This document shows positions 43,878 to 52,858 of a stretch of 64,000 nucleotides of DNA, in pieces (position 1 is the stretch's first letter; every line of letters begins with the position of its first letter). Both the position numbers and the translations under genes were made by a program. The notes under the pieces are model-generated. The model saw nothing but the letters and a program-made list of their open reading frames with translations. It did no database searches and was not told the DNA's origin. Origin of the DNA: an uncultured Clostridia bacterium (lineage in GTDB: Bacteria > Bacillota > Clostridia > Christensenellales > UBA1242). Location: assembly GCA_934757825.1 (NCBI GenBank), contig CAKVLP010000001.1, forward strand, positions 93,834-157,833, in the 5' to 3' direction.

Positions 43878-44711
43878 TTATTTATCTTCATTAGGTTTTA
43901 TTTCAAGTAAGTTTTTATTGTCTGCATTGAGTGGGGAGATTGCCTTTTTGCCAGTTTCTTCTTCATATCTTTTCTTGGCGTCACTAGCAACACTGCCACC
44001 ACGACGAGCAATCTTTTTATTTTCTTCAAAAGATTTTGGATTTTCTTGTTTTGAAATGGCTGTTGTTGTAACTTCTGCAAGCATATTAAGGACAAGTTCA
44101 ATGTTGGTCATATTGTCCCTTAGGTTTTCTTTTTTTAAGCCTTTAAGTTGTTTGTATTCTTGAACGCTCATTCCAGACCAAGCCTTAGTCATTTCATTTG
44201 TGAGTATTGCATAGTCTTTTTCTTGCGTAACTCCACGATTTTGCCATTCATCAGTGAGTTCTTTTCGCGTTTTAATAGTCATCATTCTTTGGGTTATCCA
44301 TTCTTCTGGATAGCCTTTTTGTCTATAAGTTTCTACGGCTCTATCAATAGCTTTTTGTGGGTCGGCAATTTCATCTAGTCTTTCACTTCCACACGAAGCA
44401 AGCCACATTTTGAAAGGTTCTGCTTTTTTGCTTGGAATAGATTGAACAAGACGAAGTAAATCTTTTGTATTAACCACATCTGTTAATCTTGATTTGCCAT
44501 CTTTTGCAATCATTTTCAAAGCGTTACAATTTGTAACGGTTTCATTTCCTTCATCTTTTAATCTCTTTTTTAGAACTCTCCAATAAGTTTGTGGGTTGGG
44601 ACTATCTGTCAATGCTTCAACAACATCAACAACCGAAAAATACCAATCTTCTTCATCAGCATTCCATTGTGTCCTAATTTTTTTATCTTCAAATACCTTA
44701 ATGTTAGACAT
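43878..44711 (-). CDS. Bro-N domain / DinD-like (DNA-damage-inducible protein D family) protein
   Basis: N-terminus KIRTQWNADEEDWYFSVVDVVEALT is Bro-N-like. C-terminus KGLKKENLRDNMTNIELVLNMLAE parallels E. coli DinD KGLKKNQKILDHMGSTELAANLF. Confidence 0.65.
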   Translation of the reverse strand: MSNIKVFEDKKIRTQWNADEEDWYFSVVDVVEALTDSPNPQTYWRVLKKRLKDEGNETVTNCNALKMIAKDGKSRLTDVVNTKDLLRLVQSIPSKKAEPFKMWLASCGSERLDEIADPQKAIDRAVETYRQKGYPEEWITQRMMTIKTRKELTDEWQNRGVTQEKDYAILTNEMTKAWSGMSVQEYKQLKGLKKENLRDNMTNIELVLNMLAEVTTTAISKQENPKSFEENKKIARRGGSVASDAKKRYEEETGKKAISPLNADNKNLLEIKPNEDK

Positions 44712-44883
44712 AACATTTTCTCCTATGGTTTGATTATATCATAAACATTAACTATTTGCATTGAATTTTAGTTGATTTTACTTTTAATTTTTTGTATTAC
44801 ACCACTTTTTTTAGAAAGTATCAAAAGGTATTAGGCAGTTTTATATAGTTTTAGAACACTCAATTTCACTAAAATTGTTAATT

Positions 44884-44907
44884 TAGGTGTAAAAAAAGTG
44901 TAGTAAA
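44884..44907 (+). repeat. Right copy of the imperfect direct repeat flanking the island
   Basis: TAGGTGTAAAAAAAGTGTAGTAAA. Its GTGTAGTAA also pairs with TTACTACAC at 44917-44925, forming a 9-bp hairpin. Confidence 0.45.
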
Positions 44908-45185
44908 CTAAAATCTTACTACACTAATTGATTTTTTATATCTCAAATTCTCTTATTTTATGGGCGATTTAGGAGATAGAGCGAAACTCTTTGCTTTCAG
45001 AACAGAGTTTTGGCAAGCACGTGTACCATAGCATAACTAGCATTATGGTTAGTGAAACAATATAAAGATGCTTTTTAATAAAATTTTATTTTCAAAAGGA
45101 AAAAGTTATAATAAAATGAAAAGTTATGATATAATAAAGTCACTGAAAGTATAGTAATATTTTTACACAACAAGGAACAACAAAA

Positions 45186-45935
45186 ATGACGAAATCAAAG
45201 CAATGTTTAAATTCTAATCATTTGAAATTGATTGCTATTATCGCAATGACAATAGACCACATTTGCGATTTAGTTTATCCCGGGTTTCCAGCCGAACCAG
45301 CGACAATCACCCTACACATTATTGGGCGCCTAACTGCTCCGATTATGTGGTTTTTCATATGCGAAGGATATCACTACACGCACAATGTCAAAAAGTATAT
45401 GTTACGATTGGGAATTTTTGCATTCATTTCTCACTTTGCCTATTGTTTTGCATTCGGAATAAATATGATTCCTTTTAGTTCTGGAATTTTCAATCAAACA
45501 AGCATTATGTATCCATTATTTATTGCAGTTGTGGTTATGTGGATGCAAGACAACGAATTACCAATGAAGAATTGGGTAAAAAACATTCTAATTGTCCTAT
45601 TGATTTTAAGCACTTTTCCTGCCGATTATAGTTGCATCGCGGTGTTTGCAATTCTCGGCATGCATAAACACAGAGGAAACTTGGAAAAACAAACGCTCGC
45701 AATGCTATTTTGGGTCACAATATACTCGATAGTATCGTTTATTTTTGTGAGCAAAACGTACGCCTTTGCGCAAATCGGTGTTTTGCTAGTATATCCAGTT
45801 TTGAAACTATACAACGGTGAAAAAGGAAAAGCAAAGTGGATGAAATGGTTTTTCTATTTATATTATCCTCTACACCTTATCGTCGTCGGCATCATTCGTA
45901 TTTGCGTATATGGAAACATTAGCCTTTTGTTTTAG
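45186..45935 (+). CDS. TraX-family membrane protein (acyltransferase-like)
   Basis: LKLIAIIAMTIDHICD motif. Polytopic, 249 aa. Confidence 0.7.
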   Translation: MTKSKQCLNSNHLKLIAIIAMTIDHICDLVYPGFPAEPATITLHIIGRLTAPIMWFFICEGYHYTHNVKKYMLRLGIFAFISHFAYCFAFGINMIPFSSGIFNQTSIMYPLFIAVVVMWMQDNELPMKNWVKNILIVLLILSTFPADYSCIAVFAILGMHKHRGNLEKQTLAMLFWVTIYSIVSFIFVSKTYAFAQIGVLLVYPVLKLYNGEKGKAKWMKWFFYLYYPLHLIVVGIIRICVYGNISLLF

Positions 45936-46236
45936 TAATTTGCAAATTTTCCAATATTAAGGTTGTTTTTGTTTGGTCGACGAACTAACAAAATAAAGAT
46001 AAAATAACATAATAGTTCCCAAAAATCACAAGGTTTTTCAGCGACATAAATTAAAAAACAAATAAAAGTATTGGGCAATTTTACATAGTTTTTGACCACA
46101 TAGACACACTTAAACGCGCGCGTTCGCTGGAATACTTGGCGCTGCAAAAAGGCTAAAAAAGAAAAGATAAAAAAGCGACTAAATGTCTCTTTAAAAAAAT
46201 GAAGTTTTATTACAAAAAATTAAACGAGGTGAAACA

Positions 46237-46770
46237 ATGATTTACTTTGTAAGGCACGGGCAAACCGACGACAATGCAAACGGGAATTTGCTAACCGGCT
46301 GGTCGGCTACCCCGCTCAACTCAAAAGGAATAGCGCAAGCGAAAGAGACCGCTCTCAAACTAAAAGATGTCAAATTTGACATTTGTTTCTGCTCCCCGCT
46401 ACGCCGAACCAAGCAAACTCTTGATGAGATTTTAAAATATCACAAAGACCTTAAAGTTGTTTATGATGACAGACTAAAAGAGCGTGATTACGGCGAAATA
46501 ACTGGAAAGCCCGCTGACATTTGCAAGTTTAGGAGATGGAACGCCAACGACGAAATCCCCTTTCAAATGGAAAGCATTCCTAAAATGTACGAAAGGGTCA
46601 AAAGTTTTTATGACGACCTAAAAGCAAACTACTCCAACAAATCAGTTTTGATAGTTTCGCACAGTGGCGTTGGGCGATTATCGTACTTTTATTTTAATGG
46701 GCTACCCGAAGATGGCGACTATTCAAACTTTGAACTTGGCAACGCTAAAATTATGGAATTGGAGTTTTAA
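46237..46770 (+). CDS. Histidine phosphatase family protein (phosphoglycerate mutase-like)
   Basis: MIYFVRHGQTDDN (the RHG motif) and a second catalytic His in IVSHSGV. Confidence 0.8.
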   Translation: MIYFVRHGQTDDNANGNLLTGWSATPLNSKGIAQAKETALKLKDVKFDICFCSPLRRTKQTLDEILKYHKDLKVVYDDRLKERDYGEITGKPADICKFRRWNANDEIPFQMESIPKMYERVKSFYDDLKANYSNKSVLIVSHSGVGRLSYFYFNGLPEDGDYSNFELGNAKIMELEF

Positions 46771-46976
46771 AAGCGCGTGACTAGGACGTTTTTTAACAAG
46801 ATAAACGCGCGAAATACCTTTAAATTTTCACAGCACTGAAACCCACTAAATATAATGATAATTTTAATAATAGGAAAAACAAAAAAGCAGGTTAAATAGC
46901 CTGCTTTTTGTTTTTTATTGAGTTGATTTTTGGATAAAACTTGATTTGAGTTAAAGTAAAGTTGTCGAGCAAAAAA

Positions 46977-48011
46977 CTAAAAATCTTTAAATATTTTTTC
47001 CATTTTTTCTAATGCTATTTTCAACTTTTTCCTAGGCAAGGCAACATTTAGTCTTTGGAAGCCTTTACCAGAGTTTCCAAACATTTTTCCATTATCCAAC
47101 CATAGTTTTGCCTTTTTAACCATAAGTTCTTCTATTTTTTCGTCTGACAAATTAAGCCCATTAAAATCCAGCCAAAGTAAATATGTTCCCTCTGGATAAA
47201 TTAGTTTAACTTTTGGAAGTTTTTCTTTTAAAAAACTATCAACAAAATTTATGTTGTCCAAAAGATAATTCCTTAACTCATTCAACCATTTTTGACCATT
47301 TTCGTAGGCTGAACGGCAAGCAACTAACCCCATTATGTTTATAAGGCTATAACCAGTGTTCCATAGTTCCAACTGGAATTTTTCTCTAACTTTTTCATTT
47401 GAGATAAATATATTTGAAACTTGCAATCCAGCCAAGTTAAAGGTTTTGGTTGGCGCGGTGCAAAGTATAACTTGGTTTTGAATAGCATCACAACTTAAAA
47501 TGCAAGTATGTTCCCCTCTCCACACAAAATCGCTATGGATTTCGTCACAAACAATAAAAACATTGTGCTTTTTACAAATCTCAATGATTTTGTTTAGTTC
47601 CTCTTTTGTCCATACTCTACCCACGGGATTGTGGGGCGAACACAACAAATACGCCTTAACATTATATTGTTTAATTTTATTTTCCAAATCCTCAAAATCT
47701 AGTTCATAGTGACCATTTTTTAACACCAAATCACTACTAACAATTTTCCTTTTGTTGTCTTGCACAACCTCGCTGAAAGGATAGTAAACAGGATTATTTA
47801 TTAGTACATAATCATTTTCTTTAGTAAGGCTTTTCACTGCTGTCGCCAGTGCAAAAACCACCCCTGGCGTTGTTATAAGCCAATCTTGTTTTAACTCTAC
47901 ATTATGGTTTTGTTTATACCAATTCTTAACCGCGTTAAAATACGTAGCGTCGTTTTTGGAATATCCAAACACGCCGTGGTCGATTTTTTTATTTATCAAT
48001 TCAAAACACAA
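46977..48011 (-). CDS. PatB/MalY-type PLP-dependent C-S lyase (aminotransferase class I/II), apparently 5'-truncated
   Basis: HGVFGY..., NPVYYPF, CSPHNPVGRVW, DEIHSDF and APTKTFNLAGL motifs. The ORF opens with TTG only two codons after an in-frame TAA, so the ~40 N-terminal residues usual in this family are missing. Confidence 0.6.
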   Translation of the reverse strand: MCFELINKKIDHGVFGYSKNDATYFNAVKNWYKQNHNVELKQDWLITTPGVVFALATAVKSLTKENDYVLINNPVYYPFSEVVQDNKRKIVSSDLVLKNGHYELDFEDLENKIKQYNVKAYLLCSPHNPVGRVWTKEELNKIIEICKKHNVFIVCDEIHSDFVWRGEHTCILSCDAIQNQVILCTAPTKTFNLAGLQVSNIFISNEKVREKFQLELWNTGYSLINIMGLVACRSAYENGQKWLNELRNYLLDNINFVDSFLKEKLPKVKLIYPEGTYLLWLDFNGLNLSDEKIEELMVKKAKLWLDNGKMFGNSGKGFQRLNVALPRKKLKIALEKMEKIFKDF

Positions 48012-48081
48012 CCCATTTTAAACTATGCACAAAGGCACAATTTATCTTAGAGCTTTAATTTTTTATAAACACCACACAAAT

Positions 48082-48732
48082 TTATTTTAGCACGGCCGAA
48101 TTGTAATTTTTTTCTACAAAGTCTTTTAAGATTTTTATTTTTCGGGAAGCCATTTTTTGACCCGTGGCGGTGTGCATATTTTCACCTTGTGGAATCATTG
48201 TGCGATAAATATAATGGCAAGTTGAAATCGGGTTAACATCTGGCGCATATTCGCTACAATCAAGCGGATATTTAGTGTCCACAACGGGAATTTTGTGAGT
48301 TTTGCAATACTTTAATGTTCTATTAAGCCCAATTTTCCCAAGCGCATCCAAAGCATCAGCATCTTGCAAAACCTGCCACTCAATAGGGATGTTTTTTACA
48401 TCCTTCTTTTCGTGTGTTTTCACCGCATCAAGAATAGCTGGAATTTTATCTTCATTAACACCGCACGCCACCAAGATTTGTTTTACTTCGTCAAGGCTAT
48501 CTTTAGGTGCAACATACTTGCCTGCCCTATTTTGCATTAGCCTATGAATATCGTGAACCAACGCTGATATGGCAATAACATATTCGTCACCGCCTTCCTT
48601 TTTTTGAATAATAATGGCATTATTCAAAACCCTTTTTAGGTGTTCTATATCGTGTCCCGTGTTTTCGTCCTTAAAAAGTCGCTCTATTTCACAATAAACT
48701 TTATCAATGTCTTGTTGTAATTTTGCATCCAA
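48082..48732 (-). CDS. HD-domain metal-dependent phosphohydrolase
   Basis: GHDIEHLKRV ... ALVHDIHR (the H...HD...D pattern). Confidence 0.75.
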   Translation of the reverse strand: MDAKLQQDIDKVYCEIERLFKDENTGHDIEHLKRVLNNAIIIQKKEGGDEYVIAISALVHDIHRLMQNRAGKYVAPKDSLDEVKQILVACGVNEDKIPAILDAVKTHEKKDVKNIPIEWQVLQDADALDALGKIGLNRTLKYCKTHKIPVVDTKYPLDCSEYAPDVNPISTCHYIYRTMIPQGENMHTATGQKMASRKIKILKDFVEKNYNSAVLK

Positions 48733-48903
48733 AATATATTTTCCGCCTTTTTGTTTATAAATATATTATATCAAAAAATAGATCAATCAAAAAACAAATA
48801 TCGGCTTTTCACACGCTTTATTTAACGCAAAATTCTAAAAACAACATAAATGTTTTTACTTTTTCACACCATAAATGTTATACTAAATTTATAGGAGACA
48901 CAA

Positions 48904-49407
48904 ATGAATACATTTTTAAAGCAACTAATCACTGACTCAAAAAATAGGAAAATAAAAATATTTTTTGATATGGACGGAGTTTGTGCCGAGGAAATTTGCG
49001 ATCCATATGACGCCGAACTTGTAAAAAACAACGAAGAAGATTTCTATTTTAAAAAGCGCCCAATCAAGACGATTATAAAAGTTATGAAAAAACTTAACAA
49101 ACAGCCAAACATTGAAGTGTGTGTTTTAAGCAGTTGCGATTACGAAAATCAAGCGGAACAAAAACGCAGTTGGCTAAAAATTCACATCCCTTTTATTGAC
49201 ATTAACAAAGCCTACTTTGTAGTGTGGGAAAATGTTAACTGCAAAGAAGACGAACGCCCAGTCCAAAAGGCAAAAGTAATGGAAAGAGTCAATCGCGACT
49301 TTGACGGCGACACGTATCTTATAGAAGACCGCCACAACACAATTATCGCGACCAACAACTATTTTGGCAAACCAGTTGCATTTGACGCTGTTAGATTTAT
49401 TCCATAA
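48904..49407 (+). CDS. HAD-superfamily 5'(3')-deoxyribonucleotidase-like protein (NT5C/YorS-like)
   Basis: IFFDMDGVCAE (DxDxV motif I), VLSS (motif II) and LIEDRHNT (motif IV region). Confidence 0.55.
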   Translation: MNTFLKQLITDSKNRKIKIFFDMDGVCAEEICDPYDAELVKNNEEDFYFKKRPIKTIIKVMKKLNKQPNIEVCVLSSCDYENQAEQKRSWLKIHIPFIDINKAYFVVWENVNCKEDERPVQKAKVMERVNRDFDGDTYLIEDRHNTIIATNNYFGKPVAFDAVRFIP

Positions 49408-49864
49408 TAATTAGTGAATATAAAAAAGGCCTTGTGAAAAACAAGGTTTTTTATTGTTTACAGAGTATTAACTAATAAAAATTTCGATATTTAACGCACT
49501 AAAATACGCGTCAAGCCACTTGCTGGTTTTCCTAAATATGGGTAAATTTTTTCTTCACACTCTCCTATATGTTTGCTGGCGTCTTTCGACACCAAAAACC
49601 ACAGTCTAGTCAAAAACTCGCCGTCGCTTTTCATAATAATATAATATCCGAAAATTCACTTGATGTGCGATATGTAAAACAATAACATTTAGCCACTCAA
49701 AACTCCTTTTAGGCATTATATCACACAATCGCAACTTTTTGCATGGAAAAAATAAATAAAATACAAGTAACCACTAAAAAAATAGCGCCTTTTTATTTGT
49801 TGATTTATTAGCCATTATACGATATAATTAGTCAAACCTAAGATAAAATAGTGGGAGACAAAAG

Positions 49865-50917
49865 ATGCAAATAAGTTCTAAGATTAAAAGGATTATAGAA
49901 TACGACCGCTACATCGACCTAAAACTTGCAAAAAAGAAGTTAAGGACGTCATTTACAACCGCCCTAATTATCGCTTTTGCGTTTGCGCTATTATCTATTG
50001 CAAACATTATCCAACAATCTTTTACAATGTTATATCTTACAATTGCGGGCGCAGTTGTGGAGTGCATTGGTGCGATTGTGGGATATCACTTTAAAAAGCC
50101 ATTTATTATCGACTTAATAAGCACCCTAACTTGCACCGCGCTATTTACATGCTTTACAATAATCGGCGGAAACAATGGTTTTGCTATCCTTTGGATTATC
50201 CTATTGCCAGGCATCTCAATTGCGCTTTGCGATATGAAAATGGGATTTATTAGCAGTTTATATTTTTGGCTATTCACTGTGATTTCGTTTTGGACACCAA
50301 TTCACACCCACTATCTTTTCTCTTATTCCGAAACATTAGCGCTAAGATTTCCACTACTCTACACTGTGAGTTTTGTGTTTTCATCATACTTGGTAATCGC
50401 GTTTAAGAAAACTCAGTACGAGGTTTTAAAACAACACGAACAACTTTCCATCGACAAGGATTTTGATAAGATGACGGGCGTTTACAACCGCTCCAAATAT
50501 GAGGAAATGCTAGAAAAAGAGTTTGCAAACTACGAAACAATTGGCGTAATTTTCTTTGACGTCAACTACCTAAAAGAAACCAACGACCACCACGGTCACC
50601 AAGCAGGCGACCACCTGCTTACTCAGGTAGCAAAAGGACTGCTTGATTGTAGCGACGTAAAACATATGGTGTTTAGAATAGGTGGCGACGAATTTGTAAT
50701 AATTCTGCCAAATTGTACAAAAGACGATTGCGAAAAATATTTGTCCGATTGGGACACCACTTTACAAGCACTAAAAAAGTCTGACCCTCAAACCACCTAC
50801 TCTATTGCAAGCGGAATGTGTTTTGGAAACCACGGCTACAACATAACCGACCTAATCACAAACGCCGACCAGCAAATGTATAGGTCAAAAAACACTATGA
50901 AAAACAAAGGACTTTAA
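49865..50917 (+). CDS. Membrane-bound diguanylate cyclase (multi-TM N-terminal domain + GGDEF)
   Basis: About 6 hydrophobic helices followed by DKMTGVYNR...FFDVNYLKETNDHHGHQAGD...RIGGDEF. No RxxD I-site five residues upstream of GGDEF. Confidence 0.85.
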   Translation: MQISSKIKRIIEYDRYIDLKLAKKKLRTSFTTALIIAFAFALLSIANIIQQSFTMLYLTIAGAVVECIGAIVGYHFKKPFIIDLISTLTCTALFTCFTIIGGNNGFAILWIILLPGISIALCDMKMGFISSLYFWLFTVISFWTPIHTHYLFSYSETLALRFPLLYTVSFVFSSYLVIAFKKTQYEVLKQHEQLSIDKDFDKMTGVYNRSKYEEMLEKEFANYETIGVIFFDVNYLKETNDHHGHQAGDHLLTQVAKGLLDCSDVKHMVFRIGGDEFVIILPNCTKDDCEKYLSDWDTTLQALKKSDPQTTYSIASGMCFGNHGYNITDLITNADQQMYRSKNTMKNKGL

Positions 50918-50928
50918 AATCCTCGCAC

Positions 50929-50962
50929 AAAAAAACACCAGAAATTCTGGTGTTTTTTTATC
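50929..50962. terminator. GAAAT-loop-family hairpin terminator
   Basis: AAAAAAACACCAG-AAATT-CTGGTGTTTTTTT between the convergent GGDEF and XRE genes. Confidence 0.7.
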
Positions 50963-50989
50963 CTCTAAATCATCAAATCTCCACATATT

Positions 50990-51304
50990 TTATTTCAATT
51001 TTTTCATTAGGTCAATGATTGTTTGCTTGCTTTCAAACGAAAGAGCGTTATACAAATCTAGCACATTTTTATCCTCTTTGTTGTAGTTTTCGCCCATATA
51101 GAAAAAATCTTGTGGCGTAATTCCAACCAACTCGCAAAAGTCCAAAAGCGTTTTAACTTTTAATTCAATGCTTTTATTTTCTATTGTTGAAACAAATTGA
51201 GGGTTATAGCCAAGTTGGAGACTTGCCTCTCTCATAGATAAATTTGCCTTTGTTCTAAAATACCCAAATCTTTTAATGACTTCATCGTAAGTAATTTTTC
51301 CCAT
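50990..51304 (-). CDS. XRE-family helix-turn-helix regulator
   Basis: 104 aa. KANLSMREASLQLGYNPQFVSTIENK is a Cro/C1-type HTH. Confidence 0.75.
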   Translation of the reverse strand: MGKITYDEVIKRFGYFRTKANLSMREASLQLGYNPQFVSTIENKSIELKVKTLLDFCELVGITPQDFFYMGENYNKEDKNVLDLYNALSFESKQTIIDLMKKLK

Positions 51305-51503
51305 AACATTCTCCTCACTTACATTTTAAGTTAACTTTTCATTAAACCCGTGTGAGTCATTACATTAAAATTATTGAAATTATGATATTTTAATACACCC
51401 ACTCAATTATTTGTGCTATACTGATTGTATTATTGATGTATTTTGAGTTAATCATTGACACAAAACGACAATAATATACCAATAATTTTTTTAGGCAAGG
51501 CAA

Positions 51504-52052
51504 ATGAGTATGGGAAATGCGTGTTGTTTTATTGGACATAGAAAAGTAGATTTAACGGAAGCAGAACTACAATATCTAAGAAATTTAATAGAGAATCTAA
51601 TTTGTAATGGGATAGTTACATATTTATTTGGCAGTCGGAGTCAATTTAATGACATTTGCCATAAAATCGTTACAGAATTAAAACAAACCTACCCCAATAT
51701 TAAAAGAGTACAGTATTCTTGTAAGAGCGAATCTTGTCTGCTCGAAAAAGATAAGGAAGAATGGAAGAGACTATATTCATATATAGACAAAGATGAACAG
51801 TTGCTTTGTATGGACGAAGAAGTGGAATTTGACACCAAATTTACTTCGGGCAAGGCTAGTTACGTTGAGCGTAATCAAGCAATGATAAACGACAGCAATT
51901 ATTGCATTTTTTACTATAAGGAAGATTATTTGCCTAATCCAAGAAGAAATCCCCAAAAACTGCTTGGATTATATCAACCAAAAAGTGGAACCAGAATAGC
52001 ATATGTCTATGCTAAGAGTAGGAAGAAAAAAATAATAAATGTTGCTTTATAA
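51504..52052 (+). CDS. SLOG-superfamily DUF1273 (YpsA-like) protein
   Basis: N-terminal CCFIGHRK motif and a Rossmannoid pattern LFGSRSQFNDIC. 182 aa. Confidence 0.55.
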   Translation: MSMGNACCFIGHRKVDLTEAELQYLRNLIENLICNGIVTYLFGSRSQFNDICHKIVTELKQTYPNIKRVQYSCKSESCLLEKDKEEWKRLYSYIDKDEQLLCMDEEVEFDTKFTSGKASYVERNQAMINDSNYCIFYYKEDYLPNPRRNPQKLLGLYQPKSGTRIAYVYAKSRKKKIINVAL

Positions 52053-52084
52053 AAAAACACCAGGAAATCTGGTGTTTTTTTATC
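52051..52084. terminator. GAAAT-loop-family hairpin terminator
   Basis: AAAAAAACACCAG-GAAAT-CTGGTGTTTTTTT, almost identical to the hairpin at 50929-50962. Confidence 0.7.
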
Positions 52085-52158
52085 GAACAGCCTAATAGGG
52101 TTTTTAATTTGACTAAAAATGGTGTGAATGATAATATTAAGAGTATTAAGGATTAAAT

Positions 52159-52686
52159 ATGAGATATATTGAGTGTTTTGATTTAAACAATGCGCACGAG
52201 TTTAAAAAGTTGTACTATGAGAGTTTTCCAGAGTGCGAGCGCGTGGAATTTGAGGGATTATTTAGCGGAGTTTTTGTGGGTTCAAAACTTATTGGGCAAT
52301 ATGACAATGGAAAACTTGTGGGAATGATGCACATTATAATGAAACCCGAATTTATTCACTTAAACTACTTTGCTGTGAAGCCCGAATGTCGCGGGCGCGG
52401 ATACGGAAGCAAGTGCCTTACTTGGTTAAAAAGGAAATATGGTATGCCAATAGTTGTGGACGTTGAGGAACTCGACCCGACTAGCGACAACAACGAGGTT
52501 CGCATTAAGAGACAACATTTTTATATGAAAAACGGAATGGTTCACGGCAAGTTTACGTTTGACTGGCAAGGTGTGTTTTTCACATATTTGCACTACAAAG
52601 ATGTTGAGCCTGAGCCTTTTAGAAAACATATTACTTACATCTTCCCTACTATCACAAATATTCAACCATATATTCCTAAAAAATAG
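52159..52686 (+). CDS. GNAT-family N-acetyltransferase
   Basis: VKPECRGRGYGSKCLTWL (acetyl-CoA binding R/Q-x-x-G-x-G/A motif). Confidence 0.75.
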   Translation: MRYIECFDLNNAHEFKKLYYESFPECERVEFEGLFSGVFVGSKLIGQYDNGKLVGMMHIIMKPEFIHLNYFAVKPECRGRGYGSKCLTWLKRKYGMPIVVDVEELDPTSDNNEVRIKRQHFYMKNGMVHGKFTFDWQGVFFTYLHYKDVEPEPFRKHITYIFPTITNIQPYIPKK

Positions 52687-52858
52687 TTTTCGACAATTTA
52701 TATAATTAAAAAGCACCAAAACTCTTTAAAATTAAAAAAAATGCTTTGAAGGCTTGAAATAAACACCAAATAGAGATTTAATTGCCCATTTGATTTGATT
52801 ATTTTTAGCTTATGTGGTATAAAAATAAAAAAAAAATTAAATATCAAAGGAGTGGAAA

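Larger units (their letters stand above)
39317..44907. mobile_element. Decayed integrative island downstream of tRNA-Thr
   Basis: Imperfect ~24-45-bp direct repeats at both ends, an integrase remnant, a Bro-N/DinD-like gene and an ASCH + NDT/Nudix module. It begins ~200 bp after the tRNA 3' end. Confidence 0.45.

Noticed and set aside
45013-45031. TTGGCAAGCACGTGTAC resembles the tRNA segment TTGGTAAGGCAGGGGTCAC, a possible displaced 3' tRNA remnant (attR).
   Set aside because: There are only about 14 matches with gaps over 19 nt and no similarity further 3'. The evidence is insufficient to call.
45186-45935. The TraX-family gene as part of the T4SS (F-pilin acetylase analogy).
   Set aside because: It lies 24 kb from the T4SS module and is separated from it by core genes. 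TraX-family proteins are also widespread outside conjugation systems.
49494-49634. A 47-codon minus-strand ORF (MKSDGEFLTRLWFLVSKDASKHIGECEEKIYPYLGKPASGLTRILVR) in the NT5C-GGDEF intergenic region.
   Set aside because: It has no RBS and no recognisable motif. It may be a gene fragment, but I cannot support it.
38659-52695. Additional exact 0A-box heptamers in reverse orientation (TTCGACA at 38659-38665 and 52689-52695).
   Set aside because: Several occurrences of any 7-mer are expected by chance in 128 kb of two-strand sequence, and the context gives no support.
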